A stretch of DNA of 64,000 nt. Origin: Octopus sinensis. Its lineage: Eukaryota. The translations under genes and the position numbers were made by a program. The DNA lies in assembly GCF_006345805.1 (NCBI RefSeq), contig NC_043007.1:75454001-75518000 (forward strand), given 5' to 3'. This document shows, in pieces, positions 1 to 12,705 of the stretch (position 1 is its first letter; each line of letters opens with the position of its first letter). The notes under the pieces are model-generated. The model made no database searches. It worked only from the letters and a program-made list of their open reading frames with translations, and had not been told where the DNA came from.

Positions 1-160
1 TTGTGTAAGTGAAGTGCTTCTGTTAGTGTGTGTGAAGAGACAGAGAGAGTAATGTGTGAAAGAGAGAGATAACTGAAATTTTTTACTCGGTTTATGTGTA
101 TATGTATGTATGCATGTATGTGTGTGTGTGTGTGTGTATGTATGTGTGTGTATATGTATG

Positions 161-1004
161 TATTTATATATAAAAGAAAGGTTGTGTGTCTGTCTACTCC
201 GATTTAGATTCCTAACTACTCCCACATTTGCGATGCAGTTAACCAAAACCGGGTATCTTATAGTCGTGATTCATATCGAGCCCTTCTGGGTATTAGCGCG
301 CGTCTACGATGAGTCTATGATTTTACAAATAATTTACCATCATTTTTTTTCCATTTTAATGCATATTTTTTAAAATAAACGGAAGTAACTCTCAAACTTC
401 ACACCAATATGCGTGCTCATATGCGACGTAATATCACATCACCAGCATTTCCTCACACTCTCCTTGCACTTGGCGAAGGCAAAATACCAGGGGATGAAAA
501 TGTTAATATTGCCATCGATTCCATTTGTACCATTGTTAAGACGCCTTCTGATCTCAGAGATGCAGTGTTCCCAGATTTACAAGCTAATTATCAGAATATG
601 GATTGGATTGGCAAAAAGGCTATACTGGCCCCGAGGAATAAAACTGTTCACCATATTAATGATGAAATGCTAAAACTCATTCCTGGGGAAGTCGATGTAT
701 ATCAGTCTATCGATACAACTCCTGACCCAGAGGACGTCATCAACTATCCAATAGAGGTACTCAATTCCTTTGAGCACCCCGGACTACCACCACACTTTCT
801 CAAACTTAAAGTTAGTGCCCCTATAATGCTCATCAGAAATTTGGTTCCCCAAAACAATGCAATGGCACACGTTTGGCGTTAAGTCCTTATCTCCCACCGT
901 AAGCTTATTTCAATATTTGCCTGAATAATCATCATAATTCAGTGCAATCATTAACAGTACTTTCAAGCAATTCAGCCCCGAGCAACGCCGGGCAATTCTG
1001 CTAG
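161..1004 (+). mobile_element. Non-autonomous Helitron with internal PIF1-helicase fragment
   Basis: 5' TATTTATATATAAAAG resembles the TC-start of the 11.6-12.0 kb copy. ORF 409-882 has Helitron helicase motifs (ILAPRN, LNSFEHPGLPPHFLKLKVSAPIMLIRNL). 3' hairpin CCCG-AGCAACGC-CGGG (977-992) then CTAG|T (1001-1004). Confidence 0.85.
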
Positions 1005-1036
<32 letters not shown>

Positions 1037-1039
1037 ATG

Positions 1040-1106
<67 letters not shown>

Positions 1107-1132
1107 TTATATATATATGTAATATATATATG

Positions 1133-1165
<33 letters not shown>

Positions 1166-1166
1166 G

Positions 1167-1205
<39 letters not shown>
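1005..1205. repeat. (TA)n/(TG)n compound microsatellite
   Basis: Directly visible. Confidence 0.95.
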
Positions 1206-1459
1206 ACGCATCATATATACAAATGTATACAAATGAGATATATATCTGTATAAATTAAATTAGAGATAAAACCACTAATAGGCAAAAGTGAAAAACCAAA
1301 AACAAAACATAAAAAAAATATATATATAAAATATATAAAATATAAAAATTGAAAAATTTAAATTATTTAAATTGAAAATAAAAATTATTAAATTATTTAT
1401 AATTTGTTTAAAAATATATATAACTATGAAAAAGTATGAAAAAGTTTAATATACATAAA

Positions 1460-1840
1460 TACAGATATATACACTTTGTATATATACATATTTATATATA
1501 GAACACACACACACACATACATAATATATACATATTATATATAGAAACACCACACACACATACATTATATATACATATTTATATATAGAACACACACACA
1601 CACACACATACATTATATATACATATTTATATATAGAACATACACACACACACATACATTATATATACATATTTATATATAGAACACACACACACACCAC
1701 ACCACACACGTACATTATATATACATATTTATATCTAGAACACACACACATACATTATATATACATATTTATATATAGAACACACATACACACATACATT
1801 ATATTACATATTTATATATAGAAAACACACAACACACACA
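1460..1840. repeat. Minisatellite, ~36-42 bp unit (TACATTATATATACATATTTATATATAGAA-(CA)n), about 9 copies
   Basis: Unit visibly repeated with a variable CA run. Confidence 0.85.
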
Positions 1841-1899
1841 TAAATGAACGCAAGAATATCTGATTCATAATATTGTTCTCATGCTCATGTGTTGTTTGT

Positions 1900-2363
1900 G
1901 ACAGACAGATACATCAAAGAACGCCGACGTGATGGAAACGGAGTGAGTGAAACAGAGAGGAAATAGCGAGAGTGAGCGCGTTGACAGGTAGACAATAGAA
2001 TGCGGTGCGATGGCGATGGAATATTTGTTTCTCTCTATATATGCAGACAGATACATGAGTAAAAGTTATGGGAAGCTAAGAAACAGAGTGAGTGAAAAAG
2101 AGAGGAAATAGCGAGAGTGACAGATACTTTAAATAACGGTAGTGGAATTCTCAAAGTTATCACTGAAGAGGAGTGAGAGGGTATTGGAGGGAATAGCGTG
2201 AGTGAGGAAGATGGCCCCTAGCAACCACACCTTTTAAGATAGGGATTTCTAAGGTAGCCCACGAGCTTCGTCACCTCTTTCTACATGTCCCTGTAAATTT
2301 TGGAGCGAATCGGACGGGATGTAGTGGCATTGAAAGCGAACCAAGCGGTAAAAACGCATTTCA

Positions 2364-2380
<17 letters not shown>
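1900..2380 (-). mobile_element. Possible non-autonomous Helitron-like fragment
   Basis: The minus strand begins TATATATAAAACTG..., a Helitron-like 5' end. There is an internal duplicated GAGTGAGTGAAA..GAGAGGAAATAGCGAGAGTGA motif. No 3' CTAG was found. Confidence 0.3.
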
Positions 2381-2434
<54 letters not shown>

Positions 2435-2457
2435 AAATTTATATAAATTTATATAAA

Positions 2458-2848
2458 GGCGTAGGAGTGGCTGTGTGGTAAGTAGCTTCTTACGAACCAC
2501 ATGGTTCTGGGTTTAGTCCCACTGTGTGGCACCTTGGGCAAGTGTCTTCTGCTATAGCCTCGGGCTGACCAAAGCCTTGTGAGTGGATTTGGTAGACAGA
2601 AACTGAAAGAAGCCCATCGTATATATGTATATATATATGTATGTATGTTTGTGTGTTGTGTTTGTCCCCCTCCCCCAACATCACTTGACAACCGATGCTG
2701 GTGTGTTTACGTCCCCGTAACTTAGCGGTTCAGCAAAAGAGACTGATAGAATAAGTACTAGGCTTACAGGGAATAAGTCCTGGAGTCAATTTGCTCGACT
2801 AAAGGCGGTGCTCCAGCATGGCCACAGTCAAATGACTTAAACAAGTAA
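2458..2848 (+). mobile_element. tRNA-derived SINE type 1 (~400 bp)
   Basis: A-box-like TGGCTGTGTGG, degenerate B box, CORE-like CCTTGGGCAAGTGTC, internal (TA/TG)n, 3' CAGTCAAATGACT stem-loop. Confidence 0.85.
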
Positions 2849-2929
2849 ATTAATAAATGAAAAAAAATGAATGAATAATATGTATAATATATAATATATG
2901 TATATATATATTACATACATATATCATAA

Positions 2930-2970
<41 letters not shown>

Positions 2971-3849
2971 TACCTCATTTCTTCTAATATATATATGTGT
3001 ATGTATGTATGTATATATATTTATAATTGTGTCTAGGGAGAGTCATTCTCTTTTATTGCCATATTAATTCAACACACTCACCAGTCCAATTTCCACTCAT
3101 TTATTTATTTTCTACTAAAATTTTCATAATGCAGCCTTTGTCCATTATTGGAATTGTGTTTCTGTTTTTCTGTATGCAAGCATGTGCGTCAGTGTAGGTG
3201 CATATATACATATGTATCTATGTATGCATATATGTGTGTATGTATGTGTGTGTATGCTTGAGTGCACATTTGTATGTATGTATTCTGCATATCAATGTAC
3301 TTGTGTGTTTATGTTGTGTGTGTTTGTATGTGCGTGTGTGTGTCTGTGTGTGTATGTGTACCTCTGTTTCCTTGTGTGTGCTTGTTTAAGTGTGTCTGTA
3401 TATGGGTTTGTGTGACAATGTATGTGCATCTCTTATGTATGGATGTGTGTCTCCATATGTGTCCTTGCGTGAAGTGTGCATGTATGTATATGGCCTGTGT
3501 GTCATTCTACATTTGTTTGTGTGTATAGACAGAATTTTGATACTTCGTTTTTTCATTTCTCCCTATCATTTAAGAACATACGCTTTAGTGAATTAACTAT
3601 CGTATGCTCAGTCAAAAATCTTAGAATACCTCCTGCAGCAGATGTTAAATATGTGAAAGGTAAAGTGTTTTTCAATTCACTGTATTAAGATTTATTAAAA
3701 CTTCACCAACGTATTCAAACACTACACTATATATACTGTTTATCCTTTTCTTCTATTGATGAATAGCCTGCATCTTCCATATATATAAATGAGAGTTTGT
3801 ATGTGTGTGTGTGTCTGCATGCATGTACGTGTATCTTCCTTATGCATTC

Positions 3850-5200
3850 AAAAGCTGAACTTGCCCTGGAATGGCATTACCAGTGGTGGTTGCCTGGGTA
3901 GTTGGACACAACACAAAATTAGAGAAGGAGAAGTGAATGTGTTGGGACTGCTTAAGGAGAAATGACATGAGCCCAACTGAATCCATGAAGCAGATATTAT
4001 AAAATAATGATAGAAAATCAGAGAAAAGAAAACCCATCTGGGATCTTGTGGCTACAGCATGCCTATGAGCAATTTTATGATAATCAGCTGAATGACCTTC
4101 CTTTGGACACAATCTAAGATGTCTGTATGAGAAATAGCAGCACCTGCCAACATGTGGGATATACTTGAATGTTGTAAATGGTCAGTAATTGTTTAGGGAT
4201 GAAGAGTAGCGACAGTCTTTGATGTACGATCCTACTAACTAAAAGATGTACTTTTACCATGAGAGAAGTCTGGTGATTATGAGTTTTAACATTTGGATTA
4301 ATAATGAGGACTCTATCTTCACACTGCTCATTTTAAGGGTGAGGGACAAGTGTAATGATGTTTTTTTTTTTTTATGTAGGTACTTGGGTTGTTTTGCTGT
4401 GTCCCTATTGGAGATGCTTTTGTAGTTCCTGTTTATGGAGCAAAAGCTAGTATAAGTTAGGCATGTGATGTACAGATTATTTATAGATGGTGCTTGATTG
4501 GTGAAGGCCCACACTTATGGAGACCATAGGTGAACACTTTTGGTGGAGGAATCATTTGTCAAACAAAATCAAATGTTCAGCTGATGTCAAGGGTAACAAC
4601 AGTTGGTAAATTTTGAGCTACAGTTCTAACAAAGTCCTGAATGTCAGACAACTAAAAACTCTAAAAGATGCTAGCATTCAAAGAACATATGCAAATCAAG
4701 TTTTACCTGAAATGTTAGCAAGTTTATCTAGAAATTTGGCTTAAGGAAGCTTTTGTTTGAACTTCTCTGATGTGAAGGAAAAGACCTGAACTATGAGTAA
4801 GAGAGTTGGTCCCTGAGGATCAAATTTTATGGAATCCATACTGATGACCTTTAAAGTGATAAAAAGATTCAAGGTGTTAGAGAACATCATTATAAATCGT
4901 TTACACGTTACCTTTGAGATATAAGATGATAGTTAACAGATTGAAGTGTGTTGCCTATCTAAAATTTGGGCTCATGACAACATGTTTTTGAAGATCAAAA
5001 CATATCCCAGTACAGAATGAAAGACTAAAGGGTTTGGTGGGTATATGAGTTGACCCTGTTTGAACTTCTTTAAAATTAATAGAAGATCGTTGTTAGGGCT
5101 GGTGAACTTGCTTGTTTGAAGCACCTGGAGATTTTTTTTTTCACACCTAGTGTGTATGTATGCAAGGTGGTGAGATTGGGGTTGTGGAAAGCAATAGAGT
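3850..5200 (-). pseudogene. Highly degenerate CR1/L2-like LINE remnant
   Basis: Minus-strand VFHSVLGYVLIF resembles the RT motif GVPQGSVLGP-LF. Many stops. Confidence 0.3.
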
Positions 5201-5497
5201 GAGAAAAGTTTTACCAAGCGTGAGTAAATATAGTAAGTAGTGACAACTGACTATGTTTCTATATGGGATAACAGCAAACTTTACAAGATGAGATTTACTT
5301 GCTATAAAACTAAGGCATGGGCTCACCAGATGTGAAGATATTTTTTTTACTAATGTTAGATGAATTGAGCAACTAATTTTTCAATTTTTCTTTTCCTTTT
5401 CTTCTATGTCAGTTAGTAAACTCACGGATACCTAAATTTCTTGTACTTCTTCAAACTAATCTCACAAAGAAGATTTCTTATCCCCAAAACTACATCT

Positions 5498-5907
5498 ACT
5501 CTTTTACTCTTTTACTCTTTTACTTGTTTCAGTCATTTGACTGTGGCCATGCTGGAGCACCGCCTTTAGTCGAGCAAATCGACCCCGGGACTTATTCCCT
5601 GTAAGCCCAGTACTTATTCTATCGGTCTCTTTTGCCGAACCGCTAAGTGACGGGGACGTAAACACACCAGCATCGGTTGTCAAGCAATGCTAGGGGGACA
5701 AACACACAAACACATACACACACACATACATATATATACATATATGACAGGCTTCTTTCAGTTTCTATCTACCAAATTCACTCACAAGGCATTGGTCGGC
5801 CCGGGGCTATAGCAGAAGACACTTGCCCAAGATGCCACGCAGTGGGACTGAACCCGGAACCATGTGGTTGGTTAGCAAGCTACTTACCACACAGCCACTC
5901 CTGTGCC
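5498..5907 (-). mobile_element. SINE type 1, full length
   Basis: Reverse complement of the 2458-type element, with a (GAGTAAAA)n tail. Confidence 0.9.
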
Positions 5908-6522
5908 TATATGTGTATCGTTTGTGTCAGACTGATGTTAAACATTACCATATCTACTGCATATCTTGGCACTGTTTCTCATCTTTCTAACACTAACTTT
6001 AAAGATCTTCACAATGTCAGCAAATATTTTTCATTATTTAGTCCAGGAGAAACAGATCAAATCTCAAACCAGCTTGCAATCATTCTCAGGCTAGAGAAAT
6101 TTGCATATGCTGAATTTGGAATTTTAAATGTCAAATTCTGTAAAGAAAATATGATTAAGAAAAGAGTTTATCCAAAAGTTTGAAAATGTTTGATACAAAG
6201 TCAGTGTGAGTAACTCACAGAAGATACAAGAAAATGAGAAGAGCTAAGTGTCATGGGCGGGCTTACTATTTCACCAGTGAAGTGACTAGTGTAGTCATGT
6301 AAAGCTTTGCTATCAACTTATAGGTAGTCAAGTAATTTAAGTTACTTATTTTTCATTTTTTTCTTTCTTTTTAATCTTGATAATAAATATCCTGGTGCTT
6401 CAAACAAGCAAGTTCACTCGATAATATTTGTAAGTTGAGATTATTTGAGAAACAACAGCAAAAGTTACATTGTTCATAGCTAAAATTTTAAACTTTTCTT
6501 TATATTTAGATAAGCACTCAAG

Positions 6523-6726
6523 ATGATTGTTGGTTTCAACTACCTTGCGATGAAAATAACGGGAGCAATGCATTTGACTAATGGAATATTTTGTCTCATT
6601 TGTTCAATAATCGGTTTTACAACACACAGATACTACACCAATTACAGTGGATATTATCATCGTAGTTTTTTTTATAGTGATCTGTCTGTAAGGATTGCTG
6701 CTGCATCATTTACTACAAGTCTATGG
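6523..6726 (+). CDS. MS4A-like coding exon 1 (TM1 and start of TM2)
   Basis: Acceptor tttatatttag at 6509, ATG at 6523, donor TGG|gtaagt at 6727. 204 nt, phase 0. Confidence 0.85.
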
Positions 6727-6904
6727 GTAAGTATTGGTGTTCTTTGTGACAGTTTTATATTGATCAAAGATGTATTGATACAACTAAATTTTTCAGTTGT
6801 TTTTATTGATGGAAAAAAAAAACCTTTGAACTTTTGACTTAGTTTTCAAACTGTTTCTTCTTTATTTGTTATAAGGTACCAATACTACCATTTTTGGTGT
6901 TGGG

Positions 6905-7070
6905 GTTTTGTTCCCTAAACTCTTCGTTCCATACATCAATTATCATGCAGGAGGAAAGAGTGAGAGAAAGTTGTGGTGAAAGAGTCAGCAGAAGTTTCGC
7001 CATTACCTTCTGCCGGAGCCACATGCAGCTTAGGTGTTTCGCTCATAAACACACACATCGTCCGGTCTGA
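6905..7070 (-). repeat. Local inverted duplication of 8366-8407 joined to 7959-8084
   Basis: 6905-6946 is the reverse complement of 8366-8407 (2 mismatches in 42 nt). 6945-7070 is the reverse complement of 7959-8084 (3 mismatches in 126 nt). The junction shares an AT microhomology. Confidence 0.85.
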
Positions 7071-7896
7071 TAGTTAAGACTAATTGAAACCTACCAAAAT
7101 GGTTTGGAGTACTCCCAAACTGAACATGCAATAAAATATCTTACAGTAGAAATCAAACTGTTTCAAATATGTTTTAACCCTATCCTAGGATAACAAATGA
7201 ATTCACAGGTTTAAAATATCCATAAAGTAATGCCTTTGGCTGATAATGATGACACCAAGTGTTTATTTAATTTATTTTGGGAATGCCTCATATTCCATGG
7301 GAATAATAATTGTATTTTATTGGTAGAAAAGGATTCAAATTTCTACTTTGATTCATTTTTCATTGTTTATTTGCTAAAATATTTAAGCCATTTTCTTCAT
7401 TTTACCTCTGCTTTTGCATGCTGGTATTGGCTAGATGGGTCATCATAGTCAGTGTTAGTTTTAATTGAGACCTAATTCCCTTACAGACTATTTGGGGACC
7501 ACATATTGGTCCAGAGATTCAGTATACATAGCAGGAACACTGTCCCAGATAAGAGAAGATATAGTACACCAGTGTGCCAAAGGTTAGAACATATCTGTGC
7601 CTGATTTTATGCTTGTTGATTTAGGGCTTTTTCTTCTCTGAATATGGTCCAGAATGTGAATATATGTAGCAGAAACACAGTCCCAGATGAGAGTAATACT
7701 TCATTGTAATCCTCAGTTGAGCTTTGTAAAGTGTCGGCAGTTGTTGAGGCAGAAATATTTTGTAGCCCAGAAAAGAATGGTCAGTATTTGGCATACAATC
7801 CTAGCTATGTTAAAGAAAGGTCTTCACTGATAGTTAGACCCAACAATTAGAGCAATTGTGAAGATTGTAGTTGAGGCTATAGTACAATACTCTTTG

Positions 7897-8192
7897 GAGG
7901 CACATGGCCTAGTGGTTAGAGCAGCGGAGTCACAGTCGAGGGATTGCGGGTTCGAATCTCAGACTGGACGATGTGTGTGTTTATGAGCGAAACACCTAAG
8001 CTGCATGTGGCTCCGGCAGAAGGTAATGGCGAAACTTCTGCTGACTCTTTCGCGACAACTTTCTCTCACTCTTTCCTCCTGCATCTTGCAGCTCAACTGC
8101 GATGGACTGATATCCCATCCAGGTGGGGAACCTATACACCAAGAAACTGGGAAACCAGCCCTTATGAGCCAAGCATGGCTCGAGAAGGAACA
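7897..8192 (+). mobile_element. tRNA-derived SINE type 3 (~290 bp)
   Basis: A box TGGCCTAGTGG, B box GGTTCGAATC. Sister copies at 39746 and 36762. Confidence 0.85.
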
Positions 8193-8279
8193 ACAAATAT
8201 TACTGTTTCGGCTTCTATGGAGGTGACATATGAGATCTCCATTCATAGAATATGTGCATATTCAACATGTTTTGTCTAG

Positions 8280-9230
8280 ATTGTGTATGGATGATGCATG
8301 GTTGGAAAAGTTAAAGAGGAATGAAGAGTTATAATTTGAGTGAGTGTTACTGAATGTAACAGTAAATGATGATTGATGTATGGAGCGAAGAGTTTAGGGA
8401 ACAAAACTGAATCCTGGGGCATATCTGATTGGTTGAGAGTTAGACAATAAATGCTTCATTATCACATTCCCATGACTGTGTGATCATCTACAAAGCTACA
8501 GATTTATGAGAGGAGAGATGGATTGTGCTTGTAAGTGGGATGATACAAAAGGAGATTCACATGCTGGCCAGCAGGATAAAACCCTAGAGCAAAAACCTTC
8601 AGATTATTTTCACTGAGCCTAAAATGAAATCCCTTGGATAGTTCTCTGATAGATTTGGTTCTACAGATGCCATACTGTTGGTCAATGAGGAGATAGAGGG
8701 AGAGAGGGACATTCAAGATGTTAGAGAGTGTCACTTTTAGTAGTCATCTCTGTAACCATAAAAATAATTAAGTAAGTGAAATAAGATGGAGGTTGATGAG
8801 TCAGTGGAATTACCATTCTTAGAAATGGCACACACTATAGCATGTTTCACGGGAGTTTGTGGAGTACAAGAGCAAGTTCTAAGATCCGGTGTAAAATGTA
8901 ACTGAATGTAACAGATGGGACCTTGTCAGTATCAGTGGCCTTACTAGTTTGAAGCAATCAAGAGTATTTTTGTACATGGCATAGTTGTATGCAAGGTTGT
9001 GATATTGGTAGAGTGGAAAGTGTTAGGGTTCAAGGAGATGGATCAAGTATGCATAATATGAAGTTGAGTGCAAAGTGAGCTGTGAATGGGGAAGGTTTTC
9101 TCCATGGAGGCTCTCTCAGACTGGTAAAATTAAAGCAGTTAATGTAAAACTTTAACTTCTGTAGAACAGATATTTCAGAATGAAAGAGTTCGAATGAGGA
9201 ATGATGGAGCAAATTATTTAGTAGAAGATT
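8280..9230 (-). pseudogene. Degenerate CR1/L2-like LINE RT fragment
   Basis: Minus-strand SDMPQDSVLFPKLFAPYINH resembles SGVPQGSVLSPTLFLLFIND. Confidence 0.5.
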
Positions 9231-9927
9231 TGTGACTCAGACACCATCAGGACACAAGAAGATAAATAACTACATTAGGTGGGCTGAAGTAGAGGTAGGC
9301 CATTGCTTGTAAGTTTGGAACAGTTCTTTATAGTATGTAGATGAAGAAGAAACAAACCATCTAAACAAATTGATGTAGTGAATTTATGGAGAAGTATTTA
9401 CTAACCAGTCAAATCGCTTATGATTTCCTTTTAATGTATTCTTGGACATTTTCATGTCACAGCAGCATCACATTCCCATATGTATAAACAGTTTGCTAAT
9501 ATAGGTTACCCTTCAGCTTTATTTATTAGTAAAAGTAAAGGGTCTGGCTGTGTTCTTGCAACACATTGCTGTTGACAGATAAACTTGACCACAGAGAGAT
9601 GCCAAAAAATAAATTTGGCTCCATCACCTATATGGAATTTGAGAAATGAAAAACCACCTTGAAGATCCCTGAATTATCTCAGAAGGTGGTATGAGTTATT
9701 GGAATGTAGCAGTGAGCCATAATGGTATCAAGAAAACACTAACATTCTTTTAACAGTCAATCTGGATGGAGTATGGTGGATAAAGGCAAAATATATATTT
9801 ATGTTATTTATTATTTTTGATGCTATTTTCAATTCGTTAATACTTTAGTTTAAAATTTCGCATTTATTTTAATATTTCCAATTTTTCTCTGCAGATTGTT
9901 TTATTGCATAATATTTGTTTTGTTTAG

Positions 9928-9999
9928 ATTATTGTAGTTGGAATACTTGGAATTCTTACTGGTATGAAGTCAAATCCTGAACACAGAACCAATTCACTG
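9928..9999 (+). CDS. MS4A-like coding exon 2 (TM2 and intracellular loop)
   Basis: Acceptor tttgttttgtttag|, donor CTG|gtaaaa. 72 nt, IIVVGILGILTGMKSNPEHRTNSL, which completes TM2. Confidence 0.8.
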
Positions 10000-10927
10000 G
10001 TAAAAATTCTCTAATCATTTACCCTTTCTCTCAGCATTTTTAATGCATTTTTAATGCTTAAAAAGACTAAGGAGTAAAAGTTATTGTAATAACTGTATAA
10101 CTACACACATACTAACTATATCTAGTTAAAGCTAGTAACACAGTAGAAAATCTTATATCCATTCAGTTTTTCATTAACAAACTTTGTACTTGACAGAAAG
10201 AACAGTACCTAATATTTCAGTTTTATACCTAAAATAATTAGAGCAACAGGATATACACCATCCTGTCTGGAGCAAAGTTCTTGGTTCTTGTGGAGAGAAC
10301 ACAGCTCCTTCATTTATAAACTGCAAATGATCGTGATAACTGAGACAATAAAAATCTGTGAACCCTCTTAAGTTTTAAAGGATAAATGCACAAAATGTTT
10401 TCTTTCACAACTTTGCTACTAAGTAGATGATTAGTTAAAGTTACCCCTAAACTAAAATAACAGAATGCATACATACATCCACATATAAATGCATACATAG
10501 ATACAAACATTCACACACACACACACACACACGCATACACACACACATACTTATATATATCAAAAATATGTGTTGTAATACTATTCCACATATACAAAAA
10601 CAGCCATACCAACAATCAAACATACCTTCATATGTACACACACACAAATTCTCTACTTGGAATGACCAAGTTCAAAAACTGCTAGATCTCATTCATAAGG
10701 GAATCATACATAGTGTATAAACTCTATATTTGGAAGGACCCATTTAAAACTCTGTTGGACTTTACTCATAGGGTATTGGAATATGACATATATACAATTC
10801 TGCCTTAAAAAAATGGATCTAAAACTTCAATATCCCTACATATCTTGCATCAATTTTCATTCTTCCACCTCACTCTCTATTTTGTATCACATCTAAACTA
10901 ATTATGACTTAACCATCCTCTCACACC

Positions 10928-10979
10928 GTCTCTGATGAAGGGATATAATTAACACATATCCTGGAAACAGGTGTAAGAC
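10928..10979 (+). ncRNA. Minimal type I hammerhead ribozyme (Penelope-type), slightly degenerate
   Basis: GTCT-CTGATGA-A-GGGATAT/ATATCCT-G-GAAA-C-AGGT-GTA-AGAC. Stem I GTCT/AGAC, core CUGAUGA and GAAA, predicted GUA cleavage after 10975. Confidence 0.6.
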
Positions 10980-11047
10980 TTTCTATCTATAAATGTTCTA
11001 ATATCTACACAGCCTTGGTTTTTTTTATCTCATTACGCAAAAAAATT

Positions 11048-11125
<78 letters not shown>

Positions 11126-11456
11126 TATATTTACACACATATAAAGATATATATATATAGTAGAAATATGTCACAAAAACAAATTATAAAATACACGTGG
11201 AAATGTAAGAGTAAAAGATGAAAAATCAATGAAAATGCTCATTGCAAATAAAAAAAGGCTTTTTATAACAGGTAACGACAAATATATACATTTAGATGGA
11301 CTGAGGTAGTAATAAAAGTCATAAAAGTCATTGTTAGGAGATGATTATAAGATGATAATAAAGTCAGAAAAAACAAAGCGAACCATGGTTTCCACAAAAA
11401 GCTATTCATCACTTTGAAATCACTGGCTAATACATGGTGTCAGGTCTAATAGTTCC

Positions 11457-11553
<97 letters not shown>

Positions 11554-11602
11554 ATTTATATATATATATATATGTATGTGTATATATATATATATATATA
11601 TG

Positions 11603-11636
<34 letters not shown>

Positions 11637-12034
11637 CTAGCAGTGTCGCCCGGCGTTGCTTAGGTTTGTAAGGGAAATAACTATATAAGCATTTTTAGAG
11701 ATGTAAAGTATGATAGCCATCTCAATATGGCTAGCCACAAGGGGGGGGGGGTGTTACTGTAGCTTTATACGTTCTGAGATTTAATAATAAATTTTTAGAG
11801 AGTTACTTCCCTTATATATGCCAAAAATGCATTAAAATGGGAAAAATTGATGGTAAAGTTTTTTTTAAATCGTAGACTCATCGTAGACGCGCGCTAATAC
11901 CCAGAAGGGCTCGATATGAATCACGACTATAAGATATCCGGTTTTGGTTAAACTGCACCGTAAAATGTGGGAGTAGTTAGGAATCTAAATCGTAGGAGAC
12001 AGACAGTACACAACCTTACTTTTATATATAAAGA
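11637..12034 (-). mobile_element. Non-autonomous Helitron (~400 bp)
   Basis: Minus strand A|TCTTTATATATAAAAG...AGCAACGCCGGGC-GACACTG-CTAG|T. Shares its 5' ~200 bp and 3' terminus with the 161-1004 copy. Confidence 0.85.
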
Positions 12035-12042
12035 TATGTATG

Positions 12043-12081
<39 letters not shown>

Positions 12082-12136
12082 TATATATATTATATTTACG
12101 TATATATATGTGTATGTGTGTGTGTGTGTGTGTATA

Positions 12137-12192
<56 letters not shown>

Positions 12193-12353
12193 ATCATCAT
12201 CATCATTTAGCATCCGCTTTCCATGCTAGCATGCGTTGATTTACACACATATAAATATATATATATATATGTATATATATATGTATGTATGTATATATAT
12301 ATTATATTTGCATATATATATATGTGTGTGTATGTGTATATATATATATATAT

Positions 12354-12640
12354 ACAATTGCAGCGTGGAAGGTGTTTATAAGCCATTTAAGAAACACACA
12401 AAAGCCGTTCGATTCACTCCAACATTTAAGTTTAATTTGTCCATGCAGCACGGACTTTGTCAGTGAACAGGTCGCGGATTTTAGCGACGAAAATATTTTG
12501 ACAAATTAAACTTAAATGTTGGAGTGAATTGAATGGCTTTTGTGTGTTTCTTAAATGGCTTATAAACACCTTCCACGCTGCAAATGTTTTCGTTTCAGCA
12601 CACGATCTCAGATCAAATTACTTGCTATGCGAGTACATCT
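12354..12640. mobile_element. Fold-back/MITE element with ~87-bp near-perfect inverted arms
   Basis: 12354-12440 pairs with 12500-12587 around a ~60-bp spacer. The left arm abuts a (TA)n tract and may be truncated. Confidence 0.85.
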
Positions 12641-12643
12641 CCG

Positions 12644-12702
<59 letters not shown>

Positions 12703-12705
<3 letters not shown>

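Noticed and set aside
409-882. Cellular PIF1 helicase gene
   Set aside because: It is a fragment bounded by Helitron termini (hairpin plus CTAG).
3540-3659. Possible 5'-UTR exon of the MS4A-like gene (donor AAG|gtaaag at 3660)
   Set aside because: A donor-like motif alone is insufficient without transcript data.
7897-7975. tRNA genes at SINE heads (also 2458, 27628, 39746)
   Set aside because: A and B boxes are present but there is no complete cloverleaf. The heads continue into multi-copy SINE bodies.
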